DNA of 64,000 nt, taken from positions 77,630,078-77,694,077 of the forward strand of contig NC_068981.1 in assembly GCF_001194135.2 (NCBI RefSeq). The letters are read 5' to 3'. Origin of the DNA: Octopus bimaculoides. Lineage: Eukaryota. How positions within the stretch are numbered: the first letter of the stretch is position 1; every line of letters begins with the position of its first letter. A program made the position numbers and the translations under genes. Shown here piece by piece: positions 26,144 through 38,043 of the stretch. The notes beneath the pieces are model-generated. The model was not told where the DNA came from, did not search any database, and worked only from the letters and a program-made list of their open reading frames with translations.

Positions 26144-26144
<1 letters not shown>

Positions 26145-27480
26145 CTTGTTTGACTTTTGCTTTGTATTTATACAAGTTGGCTCCAAGTCTCACCCAGAGT
26201 CCTCAAGAGACAACAAGTTAGAAGTTCATGCTGGTGATATGCCTAGGGTGTCATATATTTGGTTTTGCACATATTATTGTTCTAGAGAATGTATAAGAAA
26301 ACATAAGAAAATTATATGTTTGTTTCAAAATTTGAGATTACATAGACTGTATTTTACGCAGGATATGGATAGTTCCCATGAGAACTATTTTTTGAATTTC
26401 TGCCATTTGGGGATTTCCTGTTATAGGGCACCTATAACAAAAGGTATTGTTTTAGTATTTAGGTTCCACATTTTGCCAATTTCTATTTCAAGATCTTTAT
26501 ACTTGCTCAGTTTTTGGTCGGTCTTGACAGATACACTTATGTCGATTGGGACAGCCATATCAATGAGGAGGCATGGTTTTTGTCTGAAGTCTTCCAATAT
26601 AATGTCTGACATATTCGCATCTATCTTCCTGCCAGTTTGAATGGTGAAGTTCCAGAGGCGTGAGATGTGATCAATTTCAATCGCTGGAGGTGACTTGTGT
26701 TCCCACCAGTTTTTATCATGGGGCAGGTCCAGGATTTTGCAAATTACCCAGTGAATATACTGTGCTGCTCTATCATGCCTCTTGAGATACTCTGTAGGCG
26801 CAAGAAGATAGCACATGGAGACAACATAATCAATGGTTTAATTTTGTTGCCAACATACACGATATGTTGGGCTACTGCCGTTCTTTAATGCGTTGGCCTG
26901 GTAGTTTCTTGTAGGTAGGCATTGAGCTTGGATTGCTATGACAAACCATTCTGTTTCTGATTTTAAGCCAGAAGACATTAACCATTGATGGGCAAGGACA
27001 CTATTAGGTCCCTTTGGGTATTTGCCATTAAGAAGTTTTGAGAAGATTTTTCTTGCCATTTATCACCATTTATCTCCTGTAGTCTTACCTTTATTCTGTC
27101 GTAGATTGCCTTTTGTTCACCTGTCATGTCGCCATTAGTTTTACTGTCTTCTTTTAGATCATCTACATGTCTCTGATCAAGTAAACTACCACTGCTCCTC
27201 TCCTGTGCTATGGGATCACACTCATTAGTAAGAACTGTATTTTCATTGTTGTCTCTGCTGCCATTTTCCATGACCCGTCTTTTGATAGCTTCGAGCTCTA
27301 CTTTTGTGAACCAACAATTTTTCCTATTGCTCTAGCTTGATCACATAATCTCTGTTCCGTGAGTTGAAACAATCCCTTTTCTATCCAATGACCATACATA
27401 CGTTGTCGGTAACCCCTAATTTGAGCACCATTTTCATCTACCGGGCTGCTCGGGTAGTAACACTCCATGACCACAGCATT
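26144..27480 (-). mobile_element. R4/Dong-clade non-LTR element, internally deleted (no RT)
   Basis: N-terminal EQRLCDQARAI...WFTKVELEAIKRRV joined to KWQEK...LNGKYP, ETEWFVIAIQ, zinc-knuckle remnant, RHDRAAQYIHW, SDIIL..., IDMAVP, KYKDL, PFVIGAL (REL domain); (TAA)n at the 3' end. Confidence 0.85.
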
Positions 27481-28448
27481 AATTTGTTTTCTCTATCACG
27501 AAATTAATGGTAAACCTATTGAGTTATTTCTGAAAACTTTATCCAAAACACCTGAAGGCATAACCTGTGCTGTGTCTGTATGGAAAGATAGTCACTCATC
27601 TGCTACTCATTGACAAGTGAATGAAATTAGATCCAATGATTACCTAATGCACTTTATATATACATTTTAAATACTTTATGCATAATTTTATAGACTTAAT
27701 ACACAACACTCATAAAATAAATATTCACTCTTATTTTTCCATTTTCCCCCATAAACAAAAAAACATATCCTATACATATGATACAACCCTTAGTGACATT
27801 TGAAATTGCATATATCTGCTACGTAAATAAGCGTGAATATTTCACGGAATTGCACCTATTGTATGAATTAACTGATGGATGAAATGAAAAGCTTATCTCA
27901 CTTTTTAAGAAATATACTTTTCACCATCCAATCACCATCACCACCACCACCACCATCATCATCTCACTTCCCCTCTCTCTCCTTCCTCCCGCTCTCTCCC
28001 TCTTCCCTCTCTCTCCCTCTTCCCTCTCTCTCTCCTTCCTCCCGATCTCTCTCTCTCTCTCTGCCTTTCTTTAACCTCAACATCACCCCTCTGCTAACAT
28101 TGTTACGTTCCCCTACCTCACGTCATGGATGCTTTTCTCTCCTACTTTTTCTCTCTCCGTCTTTCTCTCTGTCTCTTTCTTTCTCCCTTTTTCTGTCTCA
28201 CACTTCGCCTTATCCTCTTATCCTCTCTCCTTTTACTTTCTCTTCTCTTTCCCTTCAACTGATCACGTGAAAGCGTTACAATTACATTCCCTCTACCTCA
28301 CGTCATGAACGCTTGTCTCCTTCTTTTTCTTTCTCTCCCTTTTTCTCTAATCTCGCGAAAGCGTTACTGACGGGTTAAGTAACGCAATGACAAACAGAAT
28401 TATTGTGAGATGTGTGCGTGCATGAGAGACAGAATGATATAAAAAGTA

Positions 28449-28505
<57 letters not shown>
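28449..28505. repeat. (GA)n microsatellite downstream of a pyrimidine-rich tract (27960-28350)
   Basis: Directly visible. Confidence 0.95.
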
Positions 28506-28509
<4 letters not shown>

Positions 28510-29036
28510 AGAAAGAGTTTGCGATCTCGCGCACACACATACACACACGCGCGCAAACATGCGCGTGCTCTTCACACTCATTAGCAAATAATGTTTCGAC
28601 TATTAAACGCGCTCTTCGAAGAAATCTCAAAACGATACATACGTCCATCTATAATTACAACCAACTCAATTGAAAATGCAAGAACCAAACAGATAGCCAC
28701 AAAGCACAGCAAACAAATATTAATGCCAGGACGGTTGAGAGGAAACCGAAGAGAAAGATTGCATAAGATAAGACATGTAAAAATATAAGTGGAAGTTGCT
28801 TACAGTAAAGAAGTAAAATACAATAAAGAAATCAGTAAATTAAGTTATAAGAAGACGGTTAGTTGAAAAATACCGTATCACATAATCTAAAATTTAAGCC
28901 GAGTATATTTACGATTTTTTAAGCACTCGAGGTGACCGTTCTGAATAAATTTAAAGAGTGAGTTGAAATCTGACATAGCATTTCTGATTAAAAAAGGAAT
29001 TAGTAAAGGATTTTAGTTATTTATATTATATTATAT

Positions 29037-29069
<33 letters not shown>

Positions 29070-29073
<4 letters not shown>

Positions 29074-30180
29074 GCTGAGTAAAGAGCATGCAACGTTTTG
29101 AAACATGAAATTCATCACAATATTGTTCAACAATGCGGAAATTTTATTCATCAAAGTAAATACCATTACAAACAACATATTTTTGCCAACGAGTTACAAG
29201 TTTATTTATTCCGGTAACATAAAAATCTGGAGTTCTGGAGCTGACGAACCCTTTGAACGCACTTTCAGCATCGGTTTGATTTTTGAACTCCTTCTCTCGC
29301 AGGAAACAACTATCAAGGTGCTTGAAAAAGTGGTAGTCGGTAGGAGAAAGGTCTGGTGAATAAACTAGGTGGTGAAGAACAACTTAGCGAAGTTCTCTCA
29401 ACTTCTGGGGCGTCATTAGTGAAATGTGTGCTCGTGCATTGCCATGAAGTATGATTGGCCCCCTTCTGTTGACCTGTCTGGGACGGAGGAGTAGCGGTTT
29501 TTCGTTCATTTTGACAATTTCATGGCAATATGTTTCTGCAGTAATGCTTTTTCCAGGTTTTAAGAATTTATAGTGCATAATTCCAGCCGTACAGCACCAA
29601 ACAGTCACCATAGTCTTCTTTTTGAAGAGCTCGAGTTTAGGGAACGTTTTCGGTGCTTCATTTTCGTCCAACCACTGCGAAGAACGTTTTTTATTGTTGT
29701 ACAGAATCCACATTTCATTGCAAATTACAATACGATTGGTCTGATAACGGAAAAGAAGCGACGAGCGAATTTCATATCTACATATTTTCTGATTTTCATT
29801 CAAATCGTGTGGTGCACATTTGTCGAGCTTTTTCGATTTTCCGATCGCATGCAAATGCTACAGGCAGTTTTATGGGTAAGTTGAAGTTCTTTTGCTAGTG
29901 ATTGAGTGGTTTTACGTGGATCTTTCTCAATGACGGTCTTTAATTGACCGTCATCAATGACAGATGGGCGTCAACTACGCTTATGATCTTAAAGGCTCAG
30001 ACCTTCACTCCGAAATCGTTTAAACCATTTTCGTGCTGACCACAAAGTGGTCATTTCCTCACCAAACATCTCGTCGATATCTCGATCAGTTCCAACTGCT
30101 TCACGTCCTATTCAAGTTAAATAGCAAAATTGCTGGAATATCTCGTTTTGACAGTTCCATTTCAGATCGTTGTAACAACG
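29070..30180 (-). mobile_element. Mariner (cecropia/Hsmar1-like DD34D) pseudo-transposase, one TIR missing
   Basis: TIR TCAGGCTGAGTAAAGAGCATGCAACGTTTTGA in (TA)n; KKTMVTVWCC, ILHGNARAH; homologous to 45148-46428. Confidence 0.9.
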
Positions 30181-30181
30181 T

Positions 30182-32830
30182 TTTCTTTATTTCTCACAGG
30201 GGGGACAAACATAGAAGGGCGGTACAAATTAGGGAGGAGTCGATGGTGCGTATGGTTTTTACACAGATATGAAAAGTAAAACATTTATACAATCGAATGA
30301 TAAGCAAAACAAATACACAAACAATGAAATGGGGGAGGGTTTCACCTCGACCCCACAAGCACCGTTCTACCACTGTAACCTTTCGTATAACCTTATGGAT
30401 ACACAATCTGGGTTCATTCATTCGCAACAAACACGCCACAGCCTTCCATCTTTTTCCATATACATCAGGTGACAGATATTTTCTCTCTACCCTTATTCTC
30501 CTCTTAAGATGGTAGATGAGGTAATGGACCAGTCCAAGACTGGAGATGAATGTATCTGTCACGATTCCTTTCACGCGGGTCTTCCATACCGCCTCTTTTG
30601 CAATAGCGAACACGGCGAGAAAACAAGATTTACCTTTGTTAAAAGAGGAAGGAGGAACAATCTTTACATGCGACTCAGAAGGCTCTGTACTCTTCCTAGC
30701 CGTGACAGCAGATGTTCAACCTAAACCCACATCTCAGAGATTTCAGGGCATTGCACAATTGCGTGCAGAACAGTTTAATGTCCTGCTCGCATCTTGGGCA
30801 CGTGGATGCGCAAAGGGCACCATGCCTTGCGAGTTTATCGCGAACTGCTAAGGCTCCTCGGTAACACTGCCAAATCAGGGATCTTTGGAAATTATCCAAG
30901 GGTCCTGGCACGAACGTCCTTCAGAAGAGGTCGGCTAGGTGACCATCATCGAAGCCTAGAGTCCTCCCCAAGACGTCGTCACACTGAGCTTCTAACAACC
31001 CTCTATAGAAAGACGAGGTGAAACCCCCGCCGCTGCCGTTCCCCGTGTGACAGAGAAGCTTGAGTGCCTCACGACACTCCGCTTGCGAAGCACCAAACTT
31101 TGGTCTACACTTGATCCGAGGTTCTAGTTCATTCAAACTAGTAACGACTAAACGAACGAAGACCACATGTGTACACCATCCATGTAGAGCAACAGATGCC
31201 CCAGCCTCAGCGTATGTCTGCACATCAACAGCCAAAGCATCCCTAGCCCACCTCTTAGCGGGTGCTGGCAGCAGACAGAGCGCTTTACGCAAAAGGTGGA
31301 AGAGCAGCCCCTCAAAATTGATCAGCCACGAACGGGGACAAGGCACGACGGTTAGTTGGTAGGTAATCACAGAAGTGATAAACACTCCTGCGACCTTCGC
31401 CCTTCCTTTCAGCGATAGCCGCCGCTCAGACCAAGTCTGAGTTAGGTGGGTCAACCTGCTCGGCACCTCGCTCCAATTCTTCTCTATCTGGAGATCTGGA
31501 CCAAACCAAACCCTTTGCATTTTAAACGGCCCCTCCGTCCAACGTTCTACGGCGTTGTTGGATGGTATCGTCTTGCCTTTCCACGTGTCGAGTTGCCAGC
31601 CGACTGACTTATCCCGGTTAACTTTTGCTTCTGTCACCGCCTCGAAGTCCTCAACGGCTTTTCCAACCCTCTGTAGGTGTACCACCTCGGACAGGATGAT
31701 GTTGATGTCATCCACTTACGCCGAAACCTTCCTACTGCAACTTAGATCGCGTGGGACAGCTTTCAAACCCGCCAACATGCGAAGTAAGGACTCTAGAGCC
31801 AACACATACAGAAGGGAGGAGAGAAGGCACCCTTGGTGAACAGAACGCTTGATGTTAAGCGGATTCGAGAAGAAACGTTTACCCGAACGATCGAGTCGAT
31901 GTTGCTGTATAAAACAACGATCCACCCGCGGAAGACGGGGGCTGAGCCCGTATGCTCCGATGACCGACACCAGATACCGATGGTCAACCCTATCAAAAGC
32001 TTTGGACTTGTCTAAATGGACCAGCGCCCCACCCTTGCCAAGAGACAGGTAACCCTCTCTAAGGTCTAGCGTAGAAGGTGGAGATTGTCATGTATGGATC
32101 TGCCAGGAACGGCACAAGTTTGTGCCTCACCGACGAGTCCACCCACGACACGCACCAACCTTTTTGCTAAAACCTTGTCAAAATCTTCAAACCCGTGTTA
32201 AACAGAGTGATGGACCTGAAATTATCTATAACAGTCCCCTTTTGGGTTCTTTCTAAGTCGCGTCATCACTCCCCGACTCACAGATCTGTGTGTAAACCCA
32301 TGTTGTTGCCAGTTGGTAAAGTCGCATGCCAGCAAGTGCCCGAAAAAGTCTGGCATACTGTTATAAATCTCGTATGGTAGACCATCTAGTCCCAGTGACT
32401 AGTGCCACAGTCGACAAAGCCTCCTGCACTTCCGCAGCTGTTATCGGCCCCCGACAGCACTCCGCTTCCAGCCCCATGAGACGCGGCATGCCAGCGAGGA
32501 AGTCCATGAGGTCCCTCCTACATTCCGGCCCGCCGCCCCTCCCGAAAAGCAGGGCGAAATGCTCCTGAAATTCCTTACATATCTCCTCGGGTTCGTTTAC
32601 CAAGTTCCCTTGATTACTCATCAAAGAACTTATAGACCCATTATTGCCACATTGGATCTCTATCACACGGGCCCATCCCGCGACTTTGATTCTTTCCAGT
32701 CCCATTGCACGTTGCTTTGCCCTGACTACGCATCCTTCGTTTTTTGCTCCGAGGTGATGGTTAAGCGCCATTCTTGTAGCTAAAACTCGGGGCGTGGAGC
32801 TAGATTCCAGTGCTTCGTCTAGGGCCCTAA
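30182..32830 (-). mobile_element. Tx1/L1-clade LINE, 5'-truncated disrupted ORF2 (RT + C-terminal Cys region)
   Basis: GPITAAEVQEAL, RSVHQGCLLSSLLYVLALES, VSA*-MDDINII (YADD region), CPRCEQD, AKEAVWKTR; AATAAAGAAA 3' end. Confidence 0.85.
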
Positions 32831-33149
32831 CTAAAGCCCTGACAGTTTCAAATCGCCCCTATGTAAGTAAAACCACAGAAAATAAAATGCAAAAAGAACA
32901 TGAGGAGAAGGAAAGCGGAACAGAGCGCGGAAAGCAAATAACTGGTTTGTGAAGCTAAAAACTGAAAGTATCTTATCAGTTTTACACTTCGATATAGACA
33001 AGTATTACGCCTCTATCTCCTCAGTATTTTTTTTAATTAATCATTGATTTTCGGTAGAAAAATTGTGAATATTACGAAAGATGAAATAGATACGTATAAT
33101 TCTTATGGCCAGAACACTAATTTCCTTCATGCAAATCAACCCCAGAGCA

Positions 33150-33530
33150 TCTAAGGGAAACTAGTCCGATATAACTATGGGCGCTATCTTACATGGTCGA
33201 GGTAGCCATTCTGATGGAGCTATACCTGCCACAGTTACTTTCGAAATATTTCCCTATGATAGGGTGAGTTATACTTCCTGATCATACATAACTAGTTAAC
33301 TTCTTGCTCAGAAAATCTTAGGAACCAACTGCATACAAACAACCGTAATTCAATTTATTTATCACTCTTGAAAAAGAAGTAAAATCTGTAAATCTCCTAG
33401 ATCTAACGTTAAACCTACACACTATTGCGTACTGCCCCTACTATAATCCGAGTGAGAGCCTGCATTATATACATAGATTATCGACCCATCATTTATTTCA
33501 GTTGCCACATCATGAATCCTAACCTCAATT
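33150..33530 (+). mobile_element. Hydra-clade-like PLE RT fragment
   Basis: DITMGA, EVAILMELYLPQL (~EVCELVGLYLLSQL), ITLEKEVKSVNLLDLTLNL...YCPYYNP. Confidence 0.6.
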
Positions 33531-33591
33531 ATAGCTGAAATATATAGAATAACCTCGAACCTCTTTCTATTTAATTATTATATGTTTATAA

Positions 33592-33825
33592 GGTGGCAAG
33601 CTGTCAGAAACGTTAGCACACCGGACGAAAAGCTTAGTGATATTTCGTCTGTCTTTACATTCTGAGTTCAAATTCCGCCGAGGTCGACATCCCTTTCATC
33701 CTCTCGGGGTCGATAAATTAAGTACCAGTTGCGTACTGGNNNNNNNNNNNNNNNNNNNNNNNNNNNNNNNNNNNCCCCCCCCCCCCCACTAAATTTCGAA
33801 CCTTGTGCCTAGAGAAGAAAAGATT
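33592..33825 (+). mobile_element. SINE family A spanning a small gap
   Basis: GGTGGCAAGCTGTCAGAAACGTTAGC...GAGTTCAAATTCCGCCGAGGTCGAC. Confidence 0.85.
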
Positions 33826-34134
33826 ATTATATTTTTATGCCATTTTATTTTATCTATCAGGTCATCCCATAAATTCTGTCCGATTTCACATTTTCTAAAA
33901 TTGAATGAAATTTAATAGTATTTTAGAATGTCTGATGGACCGGGAAGGTATAATGATGATTAAATTTCAATTAAATATAGCATTTGATCACTTGTTTTCT
34001 TTATTCAAAATTCGAACAGAACTTATGGGATGACTTGATATAAGGATTGCTTTAGTTGAATGTGCTTATTGTTACTCTTTACTAATGATTATCCCTACTT
34101 AATGATGTGATTATGAAGGTATCTTTCTTTTAAT

Positions 34135-34166
<32 letters not shown>

Positions 34167-34889
34167 GCTCGCTCGCTCGCTCCCTCTCTCTCTCGCTCGC
34201 TCTCTATTTTTTCTTTCTCCCTCTTTCTTTCTTTCTTTCTTTCTCTCTCTTTTGCTCTGTCTTTCTCTCGTTTTCTTTCTCTCTTTCTATCTTTCTCTCT
34301 TTCTATCTTTCTCTCCTTTTTCCTCTTATCTATATGCAAAGAGATACTTGATACATATACTTCAAAGGTATACTTATTTGTATACTTATTAACATCACTC
34401 TTTTATAACAATTATTATTATTTTTTTTTTTTTTGTATCTTCATCATCATTAATATTATTATTATTGTTGCTGCTATCGTTGTTAGAACAATTATTATCA
34501 TTGTATGTATCGCTATCCTTATTATTCATAATAATAGTAACACTTATGCGTTTTTTCTTTTATTATTGTCGCTGTTGTCAATATTATCGTTCTATAATTA
34601 TTTTTCCTCAGAACTTGCGTTTCCTTTTTTTTTTTATCCGTATCATTAATAGTTATTGTTTTGTTGCTATTATAATAATCTACCTGAACAGACAAGTTGT
34701 AAAAAGAATGGACGACAGATAACTTTAAACCCACCAACAGAGATAATAGAAAATATACAAATATTCACAGCTGTTTACTGTTGTATAGAACTAAAGCGGC
34801 GTTAGGTGGTAAGTGCAAATGAGGTCTATACACAAAAATACCGTAGGTGCATGTATAAACACAGGGACTATGTCATGAGATAAAAAAAC

Positions 34890-35000
34890 AAATATGACGC
34901 AGTTGAAGTTAGATTTCAAACAAAAGCAGAGGCAAGATTCTATTCCACCACAACAATAAGTAACGAGGAATTCTGCCTGATTCCAAGCTAAAACATGTAG
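34890..35000 (+). repeat. Short repeat, also present at 37770-38120 where it is split by a SINE
   Basis: AAGCAGAGGCAAGATTCTATTCCACCACAACAATAAGTAA...AATTCTG.CTGAT is shared. Confidence 0.8.
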
Positions 35001-35157
35001 CGCCTGATAAAAGTGAAAATTATAAGCATAACGCCAGAAATAAGCATCTACGCAACACGTGTCAAGAATACCTTTTCAACTGTCACTCGACTTTCATATT
35101 GCATATGTTACACACGCATGCACATACACACACACGCACGCACACACACACACGCAT

Positions 35158-35384
35158 GGCGGTGAGCTGGCAGAACCGTTAGCACACCGGACGAAATGCT
35201 TAGCGGTATTTCGTCTGCCCTCTACGTTCTGAGTTCAAATTCCGCCGAGGTCGACTTTGCCTTTCATCCTTTCGGGGTCGATTAAATAAGTACCAGTTAC
35301 GCACTGGGGTCGATATAATCGATTTAATCCGTTTGTCTGTCCTTGTTTGTCCCCTCTGTGTGTAGCCCCTTGTGGGTAGTAAAG

Positions 35385-35388
<4 letters not shown>
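35158..35388 (+). mobile_element. SINE family A, well preserved
   Basis: Full head-to-tail match with 9160-9389. Confidence 0.92.
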
Positions 35389-35422
<34 letters not shown>

Positions 35423-35904
35423 CACACGCACACACACACACACACNNNNNNNNNNNNNNNNNNNNNNNNNNNNNNNNNNNNNNNNNNNNNNNNNNNNNNN
35501 NNNNNNNNNNNNNNNNNNNNNNNNNNNNNNNNNNNNNNNNNNNNNNNNNNNNNNNNNNNNNNNNNNNNNNNNNNNNNNNNNNNNNNNNNNNNNNNNNNNN
35601 NNNNNNNNNNNNNNNNNNNNNNNNNNNNNNNNNNNNNNNNNNNNNNNNNNNNNNNNNNNNNNNNNNNNNNNNNNNNNNNNNNNNNNNNNNNNNNNNNNNN
35701 NNNNNNNNNNNNNNNNNNNNNNNNNNNNNNNNNNNNNNNNNNNNNNNNNNNNNNNNNNNNNNNNNNNNNNNNNNNNNNNNNNNNNNNNNNNNNNNNNNNN
35801 NNNNNNNNNNNNNNNNNNNNNNNNNNNNNNNNNNNNNNNNNNNNNNNNNNNNNNNNNNNNNNNNNNNNNNNNNNNNNNNNNNNNNNNNNNNNNNNNNNNN
35901 NNNN

Positions 35905-35935
<31 letters not shown>

Positions 35936-35938
<3 letters not shown>

Positions 35939-36090
35939 GACGGGCCTCTTTCAGTTTCCGTCTACCAAATCTACTCACAAGGCTTTGGTCGGCCCGAGGC
36001 TATAGTAGAAGACACTTGCCCAAGGTGCCACGCAGTGGGACTGAACCTGGAACCATGTGGTTGGTAAGCAATCTACTTACCACACAGACA
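35936..36090 (-). mobile_element. SINE head (family C)
   Basis: ACGGGCCTCTTTCAGTTTCCGTCTACCAAATC...CTACTTACCACACAG. Confidence 0.88.
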
Positions 36091-36097
36091 CTCATGA

Positions 36098-36365
36098 GGG
36101 CGCATGACCTAGTGGTTAGGGTGTTGCACTCACGATCGCGAAATAGTAATTTCAATTCCTGGACCGGGTAGTGCGTTGTGTTCTTGAACAAATCACTTCA
36201 TCTTGCATTGCACTGAGATCAGTACAACACCTGGCGTGTAGTATACCGTACAACTGTTCAGACAACGTTGATTTGATGGACAGAGTGAGTTAATGTACGG
36301 CACAAGTATTTGATCACTATAAACAAATCATTTCTGCAGGTCGTTCGGCAAAAGCTCATAAGTCG
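36098..36365 (+). mobile_element. tRNA-derived SINE (family D)
   Basis: GGCGCATGACCTAGTGGTTAGGGTGTTGCACTCACGATCGCGA...TTCAATTCCTGG (A/B-box-like head). Confidence 0.6.
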
Positions 36366-36404
36366 TCTTCCACGAGGATAGTTAATCATATATATAGGTT
36401 TGTG

Positions 36405-36602
36405 TGTCTGTGTTTGTCCCCCAACATCGCTTGACTACCGATGGTGGTGTGTTTACGTCCCCGTAACCTAGCGGTTCGGCAAAATAAATCGATAGAATAA
36501 GTACTAGGCTTCCGAAGAATAGGTCTTGAGGTCGATTTGTCGACTAAAGGCGGTGCTCCAGCATGGCCGCAGTCAAATGACCGAAACAAGTAAAAGAGTA
36601 AA

Positions 36603-36605
<3 letters not shown>
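36405..36605 (+). mobile_element. SINE body (family B)
   Basis: Matches 61058-61262. Confidence 0.9.
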
Positions 36606-36636
<31 letters not shown>

Positions 36637-36654
36637 GCGCATGACTGTATAATG

Positions 36655-37023
36655 AAAGGTTGTTTCCGTAGCACATGAATACGGGTTCACTATCATGGCG
36701 TGGCACCTCAGGAAAATGCTTTCTACAAAGGTACGGAACGATCAAAGCCTTGTAAGTGTAATTGGTGAACGGAAGCTAAAAAAAAGACCCGTGGTATATG
36801 TGTTTGCGCGAGTGTATGTCTTTAGGTTTTTGTCTGCCCGGCCCCCACCGTTTGACAACCGTGTTGGTTTCTTTACGGCTCTGTAACTTAACGGTTCGAC
36901 AGCGGATATCTTTAGAATAAGTACAACACTTTACAAAATAAGCACTGCTGTCGATTTGTTCCACTTAAAACCTTCAAGGCAGTGCCCCATTGTGGCTGCA
37001 GTCCGATGACTAGAACAAGTAAA
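36655..37023 (+). mobile_element. Diverged composite SINE: family C head + (TG/TA)-rich spacer + family B body
   Basis: C-like head 36655-36795 runs via a short microsatellite-like spacer into a B-like body 36820-37023. Confidence 0.7.
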
Positions 37024-37830
37024 TGCTAAGGGATAACATAAACGCATACACGCACACACAGCCCTATCTACCTACCTACCTACATACATACATACATACA
37101 TACATACATACAAGCATACATACATATATACATGATTGTTGCAAACTCGTGTTCGCGTATTGCCATCGCCGGATCGAAAGTCCCACACTTGCGAAGGCTA
37201 CGATCAGCCAGTTTTGTAATAGGTCTTAGTTTACTTTCTCAAGTGATGCCTGTGCATGATGATTTTTTTAAAGTGGGCAAAGCATTTGCACAAATCTAAT
37301 CCGACTCTCTGAAAATGGACAACATAAACTAGAAAAGAACTAGTCTACATCGTCGAATATTGTCAGTGTTGCAGGTTTTCTCCCAGAGTTTCCCTCTCCT
37401 AGAGAAATGTTGCGACAACAACAGAGGGCCTTCCCATTCCCAGTGGTTCAACGGCGCGCCTGGACAACAACCCACGTATTTCCACGTCCCCGCGTATAAA
37501 TACATGCATACATACACATGTACACATATTGTTTGATGGGCGTTGACTGCTCATGAGCTCTTCCGTCCTTCGACAGGTCGTATTTTTCGCCCTGAAAGGT
37601 ATCCAACATTCACCCTCCTCACCAAGCAAGCACGATGAGATTGCCAGTTTAGTCGCCGACGACCTGACCATGCAGCAGGTACTGGGTTACATGTTACCAG
37701 AGCCACCTAACATACATATATACATACATTCATATGTATGAAATCCAAACATGTAAATAAATGTTTACAAAATATGAATAGATACAAAGTTACGAGATTC
37801 GAAACAGAAGCAGAGGCAAGATTCTATTCC

Positions 37831-38043
37831 TTTTCTACTCTATGAACAAGTCCCGAAATTTTGAAGTAGGGGGCCAGTCGATTAGACCGACCCCAGTACA
37901 CAACTGGTAGCTAATTTTTCGACCCCGAAAGGATGAAAGGCAAAGTCGACCTCGGCGGAATTTGAACTCAGAACGTAAAGACAGACGAAATACCGCTTAG
38001 TATTTCGCCCGGTGTGCTAACGATTCTGCCAGATCGCCGCCCT
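37831..38043 (-). mobile_element. SINE family A with 17 bp TSD
   Basis: AGGCAAGATTCTATTCC at 37814-37830 and 38044-38060. Confidence 0.92.
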
